Shown: one piece after another, positions 33,322-45,861 of the stretch
Numbering within the stretch: the stretch's first letter is position 1
Layout: each line of letters begins with the position of its first letter
DNA from: a virus
Lineage: Duplodnaviria; Caudoviricetes
Virus record (IMG/VR): IMGVR_UViG_3300013383_000001
Coordinates: 1-64,000 of that record
Direction: 5' to 3' (one strand)
DNA length: 64,000 nucleotides
Notes under the pieces: generated by a model
Seen by the model: only the letters and a program-made list of their open reading frames with translations
The model's database searches: none
Told to the model about the DNA's origin: nothing
Made by a program: the position numbers and the translations under genes

Positions 33322-33716
33322 GAAAATTACTTTTGATAATTCCTTTATTGTTTTTATTGGCAGCTTGTTCAGTTAAAAAACAAATTGTAGAAGTTCCAGT
33401 ACCAGTAGAAACAGTAAGAACAGAATATATACATGATACTAAAATTGATAGTGTCTTTGTAAGAGATAGTATCGATAGATGGATGAAAGGTGATACTTTC
33501 TATATATATAAAGAGCATACTAAATATAAGTATCTTTTTAAAACAGATACTTTGGTTAAGGTAGATAGTATTCCTAAAATAATTAGAATACAAACCACAA
33601 AAGAAGTGAAAGTAAATTATATTACTTGGTATTAGAAAACTCTAATGTGGATTGGCGCAATAATTTCATTACTTGTAATTGCATATATAATATGTAAATT
33701 AAAGAAATGGATATAA
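33318..33716 (+). CDS. putative unimolecular spanin (lipoprotein with C-terminal TM; TAG=Gln)
   Basis: Signal peptide with LAAC lipobox, beta-rich DS/DT repeats, then WY(TAG)K-TLMWIGAIISLLVIAYII-CKLKK. Confidence 0.7.
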
Positions 33717-33761
33717 GTATATTTTGAGTTGTAGATCTATAATTAAATTAATATTTTTATT

Positions 33762-34706
33762 ATGGCTGAGTTAATAAAAATTCGTCAACGTGGTACAAAA
33801 GCAAGTTATCTTCCTGAAACCACACATAAAGATGTAATTTACTTTACTACAGATACAAATGAGATTTATCTTAATGGATAGGTTTATGGAGGATCTTCTG
33901 ATATAAATACATCTATAAATGAAACTATTAATACAGAAGTTGCAGCTCGTAAAGCAGTTGATGGTATTGATGGTAATACTTATGTTGCTAATGCAGAAGC
34001 AAACTATATATCTGATGCAACATCTTTAAATAATGCAGATGTAAAGTTAGACACAGCTATTAAAGCAAATGCAACTGCAGTAGCTAATGCAAATAATACT
34101 ATCTCTACAGTTAGTACTTCTGTTGATACTATTAATGGTAAGATTCCTGAAGGTGCATCTACTACTAATAAACTTGCTACTGCTTCTGATGTTTCTACTG
34201 CTATAAGTACTGCGACTGGAAATATCAATGATTCTATCAATTCAGTTAAAGAAACAGCAGATGCTAATAAGGAAGTTATTGATGCTGGTGTAGTTACAGA
34301 GATTACGGCTCTTACTAAGATTGATTCTAATTATGTATTGTAGTACACTACTAATCTTGGTACACAACAGATAAATTTCAATCAACTTGCAGTAGAGTTT
34401 ATTAAAGATGGGATGCTTGATAATGTAGAACTTGTTAAACCTTCTACTAAGCCTGAAGATTTCGGAGATGGTGCATTTACTGCTAATCATCAGTATCTCA
34501 AGTTTACTTGGAATACAGCAGGTTCTAAAAAGATTCTATATGTAGATGTAAATTCACTCGTTGATGTTTACACTGCGGGTACTGGTATCACTGTAACAAA
34601 TAATTAGATTGCATTTGATAGTACTAATTATAAGCTCGTTACTGTTGCAGAGTATAATGATCTTGTAACACGAATAACTAATCTCGAAACTGTTACTAAG
34701 TGGTAA
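33762..34706 (+). CDS. fibre-like structural protein (TAG=Gln)
   Basis: IYFTTDTNEIYLNG and FIKDGMLDNV motifs shared with 26041 and 28151 products. Confidence 0.7.
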
Positions 34707-34707
34707 T

Positions 34708-35430
34708 ATGAATCTTAAAATTGAAATAAATCCTAGAAGTTATAAAGTAATTTTAAAAGATTCTACACCTGTTGGACAAGATGGGTATTTTAGTGAAGAA
34801 GCTATAAATCCTATCGGTTACAATAGGTTTAAAAAATCGGATACTATTTCAATAATCAAGGTTAGCTGCAATAAATCTGAAGTATGTATTTAGAAAGAAA
34901 ATTCTACATACACAGAAATAGATCTTCCTGAAGATGGAAGATTCACTGTAAATTATTACGTTCTGCCTACCCTTGAGTGGGTAGAACGTAATGTTTCAGC
35001 ACTTGATTTATATGCGAAAGTATATTGCGCAGATTTAGATAAAATCTATCTTTATAAATTAGAAGGAGGTAAATATCTTAAAGAAGAGATTAAAGTAGAA
35101 GATTTTACAGATATAGAACATTCTACTTTATCTTATACTACTGCACAATTCTTTTCTATTATAAACACAAGAGGTTGTTACCTTGATTTAGTAAAAGATT
35201 TGTTTGAATCTAGAGCATTAACAGGTTGCTTTTCTAAATCTAATATTGATCCTGAGCTTATTTTCAAAAGAGATTTAGCGTGGATGACATTAAATATAAT
35301 TGAATATTTAGTAGATTTAGGACAATTAGAAGAAGCACAAAGATATATTACTATTCTTTTTTAGAATTGTAATGGTATTTGTAAATCTAAAAATAGTACA
35401 AGCAATGGATGTGGATGCTCTCAAAAATAA
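34708..35430 (+). CDS. hypothetical structural protein ending GCGCSQK (TAG=Gln)
   Basis: 240 aa under code 15. Confidence 0.7.
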
Positions 35431-35596
35431 AGTTATAGATGAATATAAAGAATTTATTTGTAAAGTAAACTAGGGATATAGACCTGATTATGAATTTATT
35501 CTTGAAGAGATTTCATTCATAAACGATATGGATGATTTAGATAGTGAATCTATGTTATAGTATTATCTTAATAACAAATGGCGGATACAATCTTAA
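35411..35596 (+). CDS. small hypothetical protein (TAG=Gln)
   Basis: GTG start; 61 aa under code 15; fills the gap between neighbours. Confidence 0.5.
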
Positions 35597-37338
35597 CTCC
35601 TGGAGATAATACTCAGGATACTCCTACTACTTCTGTTTATTTAATAACGGATAACTTTTTAAGCGAATTTGAAACTGAAGCAGCTAAGAAAGCAGCTCGT
35701 ACTAATCTCAATGTATTATCTGCTGATGATACATATACTAAAGATGCTATTGAAAATGTAGCACTTACTGCAGCTAAAGAAGTTGTTGAAGATTATTCTA
35801 ATAGTGCAGAGTTTATAACTCCTGCAAAACTTGCTGATCAGTTAATTAAATACGCTAGATTAGATGGTACATATCCTTTTACCAAGCCTTAGAAAGGTGT
35901 TACTCCTATTTCTGATGAAGATTTGACTACTAAGAATTATGTCGATCTTCTTATAAAGACTTGCCTTAAATCAGAAGATAAATAGATAATTGTTGATTAG
36001 GTAAAGCAATTGCTTCGTAGTTATGCACAAACATCTTCTGTTTATAGTAGAAGTTAGACTTACACTAAGACAGAAGTAGATGAACAATTAAATAAGTATG
36101 CTAAATTAGATGGAACAACTCCATTTAAAGGTATACAAAAGGGTATTTATCCAAAGGTTGGTAATGATTTAACTACTAAAAATTATGTGGATGATGTGAT
36201 GAAAAATCACAATAATGAAGCAGATCCTCATAGTTTTTATTCTACATTAGCAGATCGTTTGGATAAATATTATACTAAAACACAAACATATCCTCGAGAG
36301 CAACTTTATACAAGAGATGAAACAAAAGATATGGTAAGTAAAATTGCTGAGTCTATTGTTGATTCTGTACTTAAAGATGCTCAAGATGTAATTATAGATA
36401 AAGCTGTAGAAAGAGTTGCCTATAAAGGAGGATATGTAAAGCAAGATGGGTCTACTAAAATCGCTAAACCTTAGAAGGGTGTAGCTGCACAAGATGCTAA
36501 TGACTATGTAGTATTAAGTCAATTAAAATAGGTAGTATCTGATGTTAGTAGTAATATCAAATCTATAAGTAATGTATGGAAAACAAGTGGTCCTTCGACA
36601 GTTGTAGTAGGCAACATTAAAGAAGGAGATACTCTTGCTAACGAATATACTTTACAACAGATTATGGATAAGATATTCTATGGTAAGTATATATCTATTT
36701 CTCATGATGGTGATTATGTTTCTTTTGGAGAAGCAGTTACTGTAACAATTTGTGCTTACGGAGGAATTGATAATGTAGATACTGCATACATTGCAGTGAA
36801 TGGTAAGAAAGTTATGGATATTGATCCTGAAACTTTAAAGAATGGATGCTAGGAAGTTAATATTCCTAACTCTGGTGATACGGAAATGAAAATTGAGTTT
36901 GTAGTAAAAGATAAGAACGAAGTGGAGCATAAGGATTATTGTGTTGTAAAAACATCTGCACCCTTATTTACATTATGGATTCCTTTCTGGAAGGCTACGG
37001 CAGATTTAAATTGGGATTATATTACAGATGCTATTACAAACGATTCGACGAATAATAAGAAGTGGGATATAAGTCCTAATTCAACATCTTTAAAAACTGC
37101 TATAGATTTCAGTTCTTCAGATGGGACTTTATATACTCCTGTGATATTGATTCCTGAGAACTATAATGATCTTGAATCACTTAATATCACAACTTAGATA
37201 TTTAACAAGTAGGCATTTGATTATGTGTCTATTCCTATTGAGATTCCTAATGCTGGTACGTTGATTTATAAAGTATATAAATTTAAACAAGGTAATGCAG
37301 CATTTCACTCTAACATACAATATACATTTGAATCATGA
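35578..37338 (+). CDS. repeat-containing structural protein (TAG=Gln)
   Basis: Four track fragments in one frame; three YxxxDGxxxxxxxQKG repeats; 586 aa. Confidence 0.75.
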
Positions 37339-37793
37339 CGAATCCTGATCAAATACTTATGAATAGTATTCTTGCATCATTCGCAAGAGGTGGTGGATAC
37401 CCGTTGGAAGCATATTCTGTTTTTAAAACAGAAGAAGCAATGAAGAGCTTTTATTCTGTTCCTGAGAATAAAGCTACAATGTATGCTGGTATGCTTAGAG
37501 TAGTTCTTGATGGGAAGTCTGCATCTGGAGAATCATTAGGTCAACAATTATGGTGGTGTATTGAAAACTCTAACGGAGAATTAGAATTACAATTAGTTCC
37601 TACTTCTGGAGTATCTCAACAAGATTTGCAAGTAGCAATCACCACTTGTAAGAAATATACTGATGATAAAGTAAATGAAACTTCCACAGGTGCGTTAGAA
37701 GAACGTATACAAGCACTTGAAGATAAATTAAAGAGCTATGATGAATTGCTAGCTCGTATGACTAATGTTGAGGAAATATTAACTTGGGAATAA
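37335..37793 (+). CDS. hypothetical structural protein
   Basis: 152-aa ORF with 4-nt and 1-nt overlaps. Confidence 0.7.
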   Translation: MTNPDQILMNSILASFARGGGYPLEAYSVFKTEEAMKSFYSVPENKATMYAGMLRVVLDGKSASGESLGQQLWWCIENSNGELELQLVPTSGVSQQDLQVAITTCKKYTDDKVNETSTGALEERIQALEDKLKSYDELLARMTNVEEILTWE

Positions 37794-38407
37794 TGGAAAG
37801 TTATAATCAAAATACAAGAACAGTTTCTGGAATAGAAGCAAATTATAGACCTTTTTCTACACATGCTGGATTAATATATTTTGCAATAGACACTGGTAAA
37901 GTATTTTTTAATGGTAAGAATTATTCAGGTTCTGCACCTACAGAAATAACAATTGTAGATAAAGTATCTGATCTTAAATATACTGGCAATATTCTTTACT
38001 ATGTAAAATCTACACAAAATATATATAAAGCTATTAAATCAGGTAATAATTATACATTTAGTACTTTATCTGAAGAGAAGCCTATTAAATCAATGGTTAA
38101 CTTAGATAATAGAGAACTTAATGTATTTGATGGTAAATTCTTTAAAGATCCTAAGTATATTAAAGTAATAATGGATTCCAATAACAGTTTCACTACTACA
38201 GACGCTTTAAATCTAAATCAATATATTAAATACAAAGGTACTGTATGTAAGGTAACTGGCGTAAAGGATGGTAAAATTACTATTGATAATACTTTAAAAG
38301 TAAAGGAAAATCAAACTATTACTATTGAACTCGGTGCAATACAAGGCGAATCTATAAAAATACTTCGTGAAGGGAATTTGTTCGCAGAAGCAGGTTTTGT
38401 AATATGA
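37793..38407 (+). CDS. hypothetical structural protein
   Basis: LIYFAIDTGKVFFNG motif; TAATG overlap. Confidence 0.7.
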   Translation: MESYNQNTRTVSGIEANYRPFSTHAGLIYFAIDTGKVFFNGKNYSGSAPTEITIVDKVSDLKYTGNILYYVKSTQNIYKAIKSGNNYTFSTLSEEKPIKSMVNLDNRELNVFDGKFFKDPKYIKVIMDSNNSFTTTDALNLNQYIKYKGTVCKVTGVKDGKITIDNTLKVKENQTITIELGAIQGESIKILREGNLFAEAGFVI

Positions 38408-38775
38408 ACTATATATTAGGTTTACTCATTTTTTTAGCAGTTGTGTTTATTTGGAGTTTATTCTTTAGATATAAGAAGTTGGATTTGATTTAGAAAGAAA
38501 CTAATCAAGTACTTCACGCAAATGAGAAAATGCTTGATACTTTAAATAATCACATTGAGATGTTTCACACATACTATTTAGATGCTATTGCCAAGCGTAG
38601 ATAGGAAGCTGAATAGTTATCTAAAGAAAATAAAGAACTCTAGATTAAGCTATAGGATGCTCAAGATGAAATTAAAATACATGTAGAAACTATAGCAGAG
38701 TTATCAAAAGAATTAAAATAGGTGCGATGTGATGTGGAAAATTGTGTAATGAGGGAACCTAAAGACGAATACTAA
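38404..38775 (+). CDS. N-terminal TM coiled-coil protein (TAG=Gln)
   Basis: MNYILGLLIFLAVVFIWSLFF; ends RCDVENCVMREP; absent from the track because of many TAGs. Confidence 0.7.
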
Positions 38776-38777
38776 TT

Positions 38778-39233
38778 ATGTTAGATACTATTATAACAAT
38801 TATCTCTACTATTGGTGTTACTTTAGGAGGATGGAAAGGAGTTGAATATCTTATAAACCGAAAGGCTAATAAACGTATTGCAACTAGTTCTGCTGATAAA
38901 TCTGACATAGAGGTGGAGAAGGGTAAATTGGAAGTTGAGAATATACGATTTGAAGGATTACTTGAAGTAAATCTTAAGTTAAATCAACTTTTAGAATCAA
39001 AAACTGCACGTATTGTAGAGTTGGAAACTAAGTGTGATAGACTTATTGATGAATCCTTGCAGAAGGACGAAAAGCACAATAAGGAAATATAGGAATTAAA
39101 ATTGAAGATAGATGAATTAAATAACAAACTGAGAGAACAAGATGCTAAGATTGCAGCATTGGAATCTCAATTTGCTATAAAGAGATGTGATATTACTAAA
39201 TGTAATAAACGTACACCTAAAAATAATTATTAA
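38778..39233 (+). CDS. N-terminal TM coiled-coil protein, paralog of the previous gene (TAG=Gln)
   Basis: TM, coiled coil, ends RCDITKCNKRTP. Confidence 0.7.
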
Positions 39234-39235
39234 TT

Positions 39236-41077
39236 ATGGCAGTACCTGAAATACCTAATATTAGAAAAAAGGGATTAAAGAGTGCTTATGCTCCTAATGG
39301 TGAACATAAAGATGTAATATATTTTGCAACAGATACTGGTGAATTACTTTTAAACAATGTACCATATGCTAATGATATTCCTGAAGGTGGCTCTGAAGGA
39401 TAGATATTAATGTATGCTGGACCTCGTTAGGTTAAATGGGCAACCATTGAAGGAAGTGATGCAGTTACTGAGAATACGTATGCATACGGTGTAGAATGGA
39501 CTAAGAATCAATCATCTCCTATTTTAACTCGTATCGGTAATCTTTCTTTACATAAAACTCTTCCTATTCAATCTAAGTTAAAAGGGTGTGTTGCTACAGT
39601 TGATGGATAGATAAAATATTGGCTTAGATACAATAACTGGTTTTTGAAAGAAACCAAAGAAGACAATATAACTGTCGATAGTCCTGAGTTTGCTTCTTCT
39701 AATGACTTAACCAAAATCAATATACCTGAAATTACTAATAAAGGTTATTACGTTGGAACTGGTGTAACATTAATCGATTCTAGCAATAACTTTAAAGCAG
39801 CTGGATTCATTAAAAGTGTCTCTGAAAAACAATTAGCAGGAGGTAAAAAACAACTCACTATTGAATGGATTAAAAATAATGCTACATCTGATTTCTTCAC
39901 AAATGGAGGAACAATGGTGTTAGGTTCTAATCTTACTGGCAAAGATGGTGTTGTTAAAGTATATGTTCCAGAGTTCTACATTAAATCGAAGAATGTAGGA
40001 AATAAGAAACAAGTATTAATCTCCGAAAAAAAGATTGATAGTAGTTGGGAAAAACAACCTGCTTGTTTGGTGGATGCTTATCACTGCACCTTATGGAGAG
40101 GTGAACCTAATTCAGAATCTGACTTTTATACAGACGGACTTGAAACAAATACACTTGTGTCTGTTTCACATAATTTCCAAGAATCTTATAAAGGTGGAGT
40201 TTATAATGGAGATAGTACTGGTAATACACATCCTATTAGTGATTCTTGTTATGCAAAACCTATAACAGGTTTGAGTAGAGAAAATGCACGTACTTATGCA
40301 CAAAACCAACGTGCAGAAGGAGGTAATGGACATCTTTTGACATACAAAGAATGGAAGAATATTTTCTATTGGTTGTATGTAATTGAGTATGCTAATTTTA
40401 ATGTAAAAGATGTATATAGTGCAGATATAGACGGATATAAAGCAGGAGGTTTATTTAGAAATTATACTATAGATTCATTTACTGCTTTAACAACTAAGTT
40501 TAGTATGCCTGAAATATTTGCTCAATGCGGATCAACTGATATATTTGCTAATACTTCGTGTTCTTCTAAACTTACATTCTCTGTAGATGATGTTTCGTAT
40601 ACACTTCCTATAAATCGATATAGAGGATTTGAGGATATTTGTATGGAGTTTGGTACTATGTTGGATGGTATTGTTATAAATGGTACTAATGCAGATAGTA
40701 CTTTTAATATCTATATAAATGATTCTTCAGATCAATCTGCTAATTCTGATGATGTAACATAGTTAACATTGTTAGGTGCTTAGAGTGGAGGAGAAGCATC
40801 AATTAAAGAATTTACATTAGGTGATACTGCTGAATTACTTCCATTAGATGCTGATTCATCTGCTACAGTGACTACACATAAATGTTCTTTATTTACAGCA
40901 GATGATTTCGGTCCAAGTGCAAATAAATATGGGATATATGTCTAGGGGGGATGTAAAAATATTGGTAACGATACAGGTTTAGCTACAATGGATTGTACAA
41001 CAGATATAACAGATCCTGATGTTTGGAGTTATGGATTCAGAACAGTTGTAAATATAGACCCTATTGAAAATGTTTAA
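39236..41077 (+). CDS. second tail fibre / receptor-binding protein (TAG=Gln)
   Basis: IYFATDTGELL, LPIQSKLKGCV, YRGFED, YGFRTV motifs; paralogous to 29885..32500; 613 aa. Confidence 0.75.
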
Positions 41078-41798
41078 TATAAATGATAGTGCCTTTGAGC
41101 CTTAGAAATTAATTGAACTCGATAACGGAGATTATATTTATAACTTTGATATAAAACCTTACAATAAGGTAAAAACCGTTATTGAAGATTTTGAAAAGAA
41201 AGAAATCACTAAAGTTAGATATAAGTATTATAGTGTAACTATTAAAGGTGGATTTAATGTTGCAAATACATACGATGCACTTTTAAAGGCATATTATGTA
41301 GATGACGATAAAACATTATATGATGCTTTAAATTCTCCGTCAAAAACATCTGAAATGGAGTCTATAGCATCTGACCTGTACGATCAAGCACAAATACTTC
41401 TTGGAGTTATTGCAGAACCTACAGAATTAGAAACCGCAAAGAAAAAGATGATTAAGCGAATAAACGAATACGATGTATCTCCTGATGTAAATTCATTCTA
41501 TTTAAATGGATTGCAAGTATGGTTAGATAAATCTACTCGTGTTGGTTTAATGAACTCTTTAAATATAGAGAAGTCCTCAGGCAAAACTTCTTCTACATTG
41601 TGGTTTGGTAATATTAAACTGGAGATCAATATAGATACTGCTACACAAATGTTAAGTTCACTAGAAATATATGCTTTACAATGTTATAATAAGACTGCAG
41701 AACATAAAATGAATGTAAATAACTTATTTAGTGTATCAGAAGTAAATTAGTACGATTATACAAAAGGCTACCCAGAGAAGTTAACCTTTAATGTATGA
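41070..41798 (+). CDS. DUF4376-like tail fibre assembly protein (TAG=Gln)
   Basis: YDVSPDVNSFYLNG..WLDK..R and YDYTKGYPEKL motifs. Confidence 0.65.
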
Positions 41799-42268
41799 GT
41801 ACTTTTTCTTTAATATGTTGGATTATATCTATAGTAATTTATATTGCATATACTGCATATACTTACATTAAATATAAGCCAGACTGTATATCAGAAACAT
41901 ATTATAAATTAAAGAAACCTTATATATTTACTATATGGCTTCTATTAATTGGAGTATTAATATTCCCTTCTTGGGTGGAAATTACTAATGAAAACTATTA
42001 GTTCTTAAGTTTTCTATCTGTAGTTTCTTTAGCTATAGCAGGATTTGCTCCGAATTATTTAAAAGATAATAGGGTAACACATATATGTTTTACTCTTTTT
42101 GCTGTAGTATTATCTTTAATTTGGAGTATGGTAATGACAAACCATATTATATCCCTTATAGCATTTATAATAACTATATTATTAATCGTAGGAAAGTCTA
42201 AGAATATAATATTCTGGGTTGAAAACTTAGCTTTCCTAAATATATACTTATCCATAATATTCAAGTGA
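41795..42268 (+). CDS. multi-pass membrane protein (TAG=Gln)
   Basis: About five hydrophobic helices; CISETYY motif; 157 aa. Confidence 0.7.
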
Positions 42269-42294
42269 AGCCGGGCATTTTGCTCGGCTTTTTT
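42268..42294 (+). terminator. intrinsic terminator
   Basis: AAGCCGGGCA-tt-TTGCTCGGCTT hairpin plus T tract. Confidence 0.8.
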
Positions 42295-42332
42295 ACTATG
42301 TATACTATTTAACATTTCTTAACATCAAATTG

Positions 42333-42363
42333 TTTGTGAGTAACCTACTCCAGTATAAATTTG
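42333..42363 (+). promoter_or_regulatory. Bacteroidota promoter
   Basis: TTTG 42333, N19, TAAATTTG 42356. Confidence 0.7.
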
Positions 42364-42450
42364 TTATGAAACGTTAACAATATATTGCAATATGTTAGAT
42401 GAATAAGTTTCAAAGATTATCTTATTTTTAACTTACAAATTTATAAAACA

Positions 42451-44223
42451 ATGAGTGAAACTAAAGTATTTGCATTTCCTGAATCAAATAATACAGGAAT
42501 GGACGCCGCTCTTTTAGCCAATCTCAATCGTAACAATGATCCTATGGCTGCAATGGCTATGATGAATGGTGGAATGAACGGAATGTGGAATAATCCGTAA
42601 ACAATGCTAAGTCTCGAACATTTAATTAAATTCAGTGAAATTTGGAACATTCCGGAATAATTCATATATTTGAATATAATATTAATCTAAAATTCAAATT
42701 TTATGGAAAATTGGAAAATTATTGAAGGAACAAACAATCACTATGAAGTTAGTAATTTAGGAAACATAAGATGTGATGGTCAATTGGTTAAGACAGAAAT
42801 TGAAACATCTGGATATGTAAAAGTTAGAATAAAATTGATTTTTGGGACAAGATGGTTTTCTCTTCATAGAGTGGTAGCTGCATATTTCTGCGAGAATCCA
42901 GAAAATAAAGAGCAAGTTAATCATATTGATGGAAATAAAGAAAACAACAAATCTGAAAATTTAGAATGGGTAACTAATACAGAAAACCAACGTCACAGAA
43001 TAGATGTTCTGAAGAAAAATTGTAAAGGAGAAAATAATCCTATGTATGGAATGTCTGGAGAAAAATCCCCAGTATTTAAAGGATATATTTATCAAATTAA
43101 TCCTAAAACTAACGAAGTAGTAAACAAATACGCAGGTAGCGGAGAGGCTGCCAGGGCAGTTAAAACTCAACCTTGTAGTATTTTAAAAGTTATCAATAAA
43201 CCAAATAGAACTTGTAAAGGATTTAAATGGACGAGATAATAAGCGGATTTAAAACCTCGTAAATTCACGGAAATTCCTAGTATTAGGACAATCTTGATCC
43301 AATCTTTATTAAAGATGGAGCAACGACTATTTAAATATTTAAATAAGGTTTAAGCAAATCTTAAATACGAGGGCTTTTCAATATAGAAAAGTATGATATA
43401 GTCTAATCTCTATAGTAATATAGAGAGAATATACAAACGCGGTATATTCATAATACAAAATGTTATTTACTTAGTGTGGATGATGTTTGCCCAGCGTATG
43501 TGGGGTAATAATTGGGGAAATGGTCAAGGAGCTCAGAATATTGAGATCTAGGATCAATTATCTGCAATCCGTGAACAAATGGGTACTAATCAGAATACTA
43601 GTCTTTTAATGGATGCGATTAAGGGTAACGGCACTGCTGTCGGTCAGCTCGCTGGTCAGCTTAATTGTGATTTCAATACTCTTAATTCAGCTATATGTGA
43701 TGTTCGTGGTGGTATTGATAGACTGGCAGGTGAAGTTGGATTTAGTGCAGAACGTGTTATTAATGCAATTAACGCAGGTGATGCTACTATATCTAGACAA
43801 CTTGCTGAGTGCTGTTGTAATACTCGTGAAGCTATTACTCGTCAGGGTTATGAGAATCAGTTAGCAACAGTCAATCAGACTAATGCTTTACAGAGTGCAA
43901 TTAATTTTGTTAACTCTTCTGTGGAGCGTGGTTTCTCTGCTACTAATTATGAAACTCAACGTCAGACGTGCGATATTACTAAGGCTATAGGTGAATCCAC
44001 TGCCGCCATTTTAGCAGGTCAGAAAGCCGCTGAGATGCGTGAAATGCAACGTGAGATACAGAGCTTGAGAGATGAGCGTACTGCTTATCAGATGTCAGCA
44101 TTGACACAGTAGCAAACTCAGAATCTTGTTAATCAGTTACGTCCTTGTCCTGTACCTGCATATATAACTTGCAATCCATTTGGATGTCAAGGTGATTATG
44201 TAACTTATAATGGTGGTTGCTGA
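42451..44223 (+). CDS. conserved gut-phage hypothetical protein with ECCC motif; exons 42451-42598 and 43463-44223 (TAG=Gln)
   Basis: Splicing restores WNNPF-IYLVWMMF; LAECCCNT and RPCPVPAY motifs. Confidence 0.8.
42599..43462 (+). mobile_element. group I intron with ORF in the P1 loop
   Basis: P1 AATCCGT/GCGGATT closes after the ORF; P3 CCTCGTA/TACGAGG; P7 GACTA/TAGTC; terminal G. Confidence 0.85.
42703..43239 (+). CDS. intron-encoded NUMOD4-HNH homing endonuclease
   Basis: WKII..YEVSNLGNIR, HRVVA, VNHIDGNKENN..NLEW. Confidence 0.9.
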   Translation: MENWKIIEGTNNHYEVSNLGNIRCDGQLVKTEIETSGYVKVRIKLIFGTRWFSLHRVVAAYFCENPENKEQVNHIDGNKENNKSENLEWVTNTENQRHRIDVLKKNCKGENNPMYGMSGEKSPVFKGYIYQINPKTNEVVNKYAGSGEAARAVKTQPCSILKVINKPNRTCKGFKWTR

Positions 44224-44246
44224 TGTACGGACAATGGAGTAATTAG

Positions 44247-44609
44247 ATGCTTGCTAGACGTTTTCCAATAAAACGTTTAAATGGTATTCCAATTATTAAA
44301 ACAATTTCAGTTGCGACCAATGGCAGTGTTGTAACTTATCAACTATGTCCTTGGCGATATAGACAGCTTCCCAATGAGGGATTGTTGTTAGTTAGAATCG
44401 CGCAGACACCTTCCGCTGGTGCAGGGTCTGCTGCATTTACAGTATCTTTAGAAACACACGCTACTCCATAGACAGGTTCCACAGGAACTCCTGTAATAGA
44501 CGGAGTAGGTGAGAATATTACATCTAACAAAGTAGTTACTGGGAATGTACTTTTAATGTATTTCAACAAATGCGATGGTATTTTCCAAGTACTTAATTCA
44601 GTTGAATAA
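44247..44609 (+). CDS. hypothetical protein (TAG=Gln)
   Basis: 120 aa under code 15. Confidence 0.7.
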
Positions 44610-44623
44610 AAAATTTATAACGT

Positions 44624-45154
44624 ATGTTTCAGTCACTTAGAGTAAATCAGCAATTTTACATATTAACTAAAGGTCCATAGCCAAGATTAGATATAGGTAC
44701 TGTAACTTCAGTATCTGCTCCATAGATGAAGTTTCCTTCTCTTCCTCAAGGTTTAGGTGCGCAACCTGAATATATTGTGGATGTAACAGTGCAAGTAAAT
44801 GGTGCTACTCAATAGTATTAGAAGTTACCTGCTAATAAGGAGATTGCAGACTTCGGAGATGGCTTTGGAAATATAATAGTGTCAACGAGCAGAGATGCAA
44901 TGAATAGTGAATTAGCAACTCTCAAAAATAAATCAGAAGAACATATCAGAAGAGTTGATGAAGAAAAATAGAAAATACTAATGTATGAATCTATTTTACA
45001 ACAATTAAATCCAGAATATGCAGAAAAGTAGAAATAGGAAGCAGAAATAGCTAATTTAAAAAGTCAAGTATCAGCAATGGCACAATCCAATGCTAATCTT
45101 GAGAAAATGATGTCTTAGTTATTAGCTGAGATTAAACAAACTAAGGACGATTGA
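44624..45154 (+). CDS. hypothetical protein MFQSLR... (TAG=Gln)
   Basis: 176 aa under code 15; LNPEYAEK coiled-coil C-terminus; absent from the track. Confidence 0.75.
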
Positions 45155-45175
45155 AATATTTAAAACATTACTCTT

Positions 45176-45358
45176 ATGAAAGGTTATATCGAAATTAAAG
45201 AAGATGCATACGATGATACTATCGAGCATCTCCATCGCTTAAAAACTATTGCTTGTAAAATGATCAAGAAATTAGAAGAACATTCTGATATTTATGATGA
45301 TGAATATAATGAAGAGATGAAGTCACGTAGTCGTAGTAGAAATAGATACGACTATTAA
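45176..45358 (+). CDS. small hypothetical protein
   Basis: 60-aa ORF in operon. Confidence 0.65.
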   Translation: MKGYIEIKEDAYDDTIEHLHRLKTIACKMIKKLEEHSDIYDDEYNEEMKSRSRSRNRYDY

Positions 45359-45417
45359 TAGATCTAAAGGGAGATAGGAGATTTTTCTGTCTCCCTTAAT
45401 TTTTAACATATACGATT

Positions 45418-45804
45418 ATGTCTTATAAAGAAGACTTCACAATATATGATATTAAACCTGAATATTTTGAGAATTATTTAAGGTATTATGGATCTCATTT
45501 CAGTAAGAAGTTATGTGAGTTTGCTTGTAATAAACTATTTGGTAAAATGGAATATGATAAAGATAAATTGAGAATATTACTACAAGCAAATATGATTGAT
45601 TTCAGTGAAATGGAAATGGACGATGCTGTATATATTGCAAATTGGTGTAAATATGTATTCTTCGGATCTTCTGTACCTGAAGAAAAACATATTGCATTAT
45701 TTATAAAAGATATATACGCTAAAGAAGAAGATCTTATATTTAATAGATTTATTGCAGATTGTGCTAAAAAAGGTATTCCTATTCAATGGGAAGAAATGAT
45801 TTAA
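45418..45804 (+). CDS. hypothetical protein
   Basis: YLRYYGSHFSKKLCEFA...GIPIQWEEMI. Confidence 0.75.
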   Translation: MSYKEDFTIYDIKPEYFENYLRYYGSHFSKKLCEFACNKLFGKMEYDKDKLRILLQANMIDFSEMEMDDAVYIANWCKYVFFGSSVPEEKHIALFIKDIYAKEEDLIFNRFIADCAKKGIPIQWEEMI

Positions 45805-45806
45805 GT

Positions 45807-45861
45807 TTTGTTAATTCCAGAAAATTATCTAACTTTGCGGCATAGGTAGTTTTCTGGAATT
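45807..45861 (+). promoter_or_regulatory. Bacteroidota promoter overlapped by a 19-bp inverted repeat
   Basis: TTTG 45807, N19, TAACTTTG 45830; inverted repeat arms 45813-45831 and 45843-45861 with 2 mismatches. Confidence 0.6.

Noticed and set aside
29885-41077. Diversity-generating retroelement
   Set aside because: No reverse transcriptase and no TR/VR repeat pair seen in the window.
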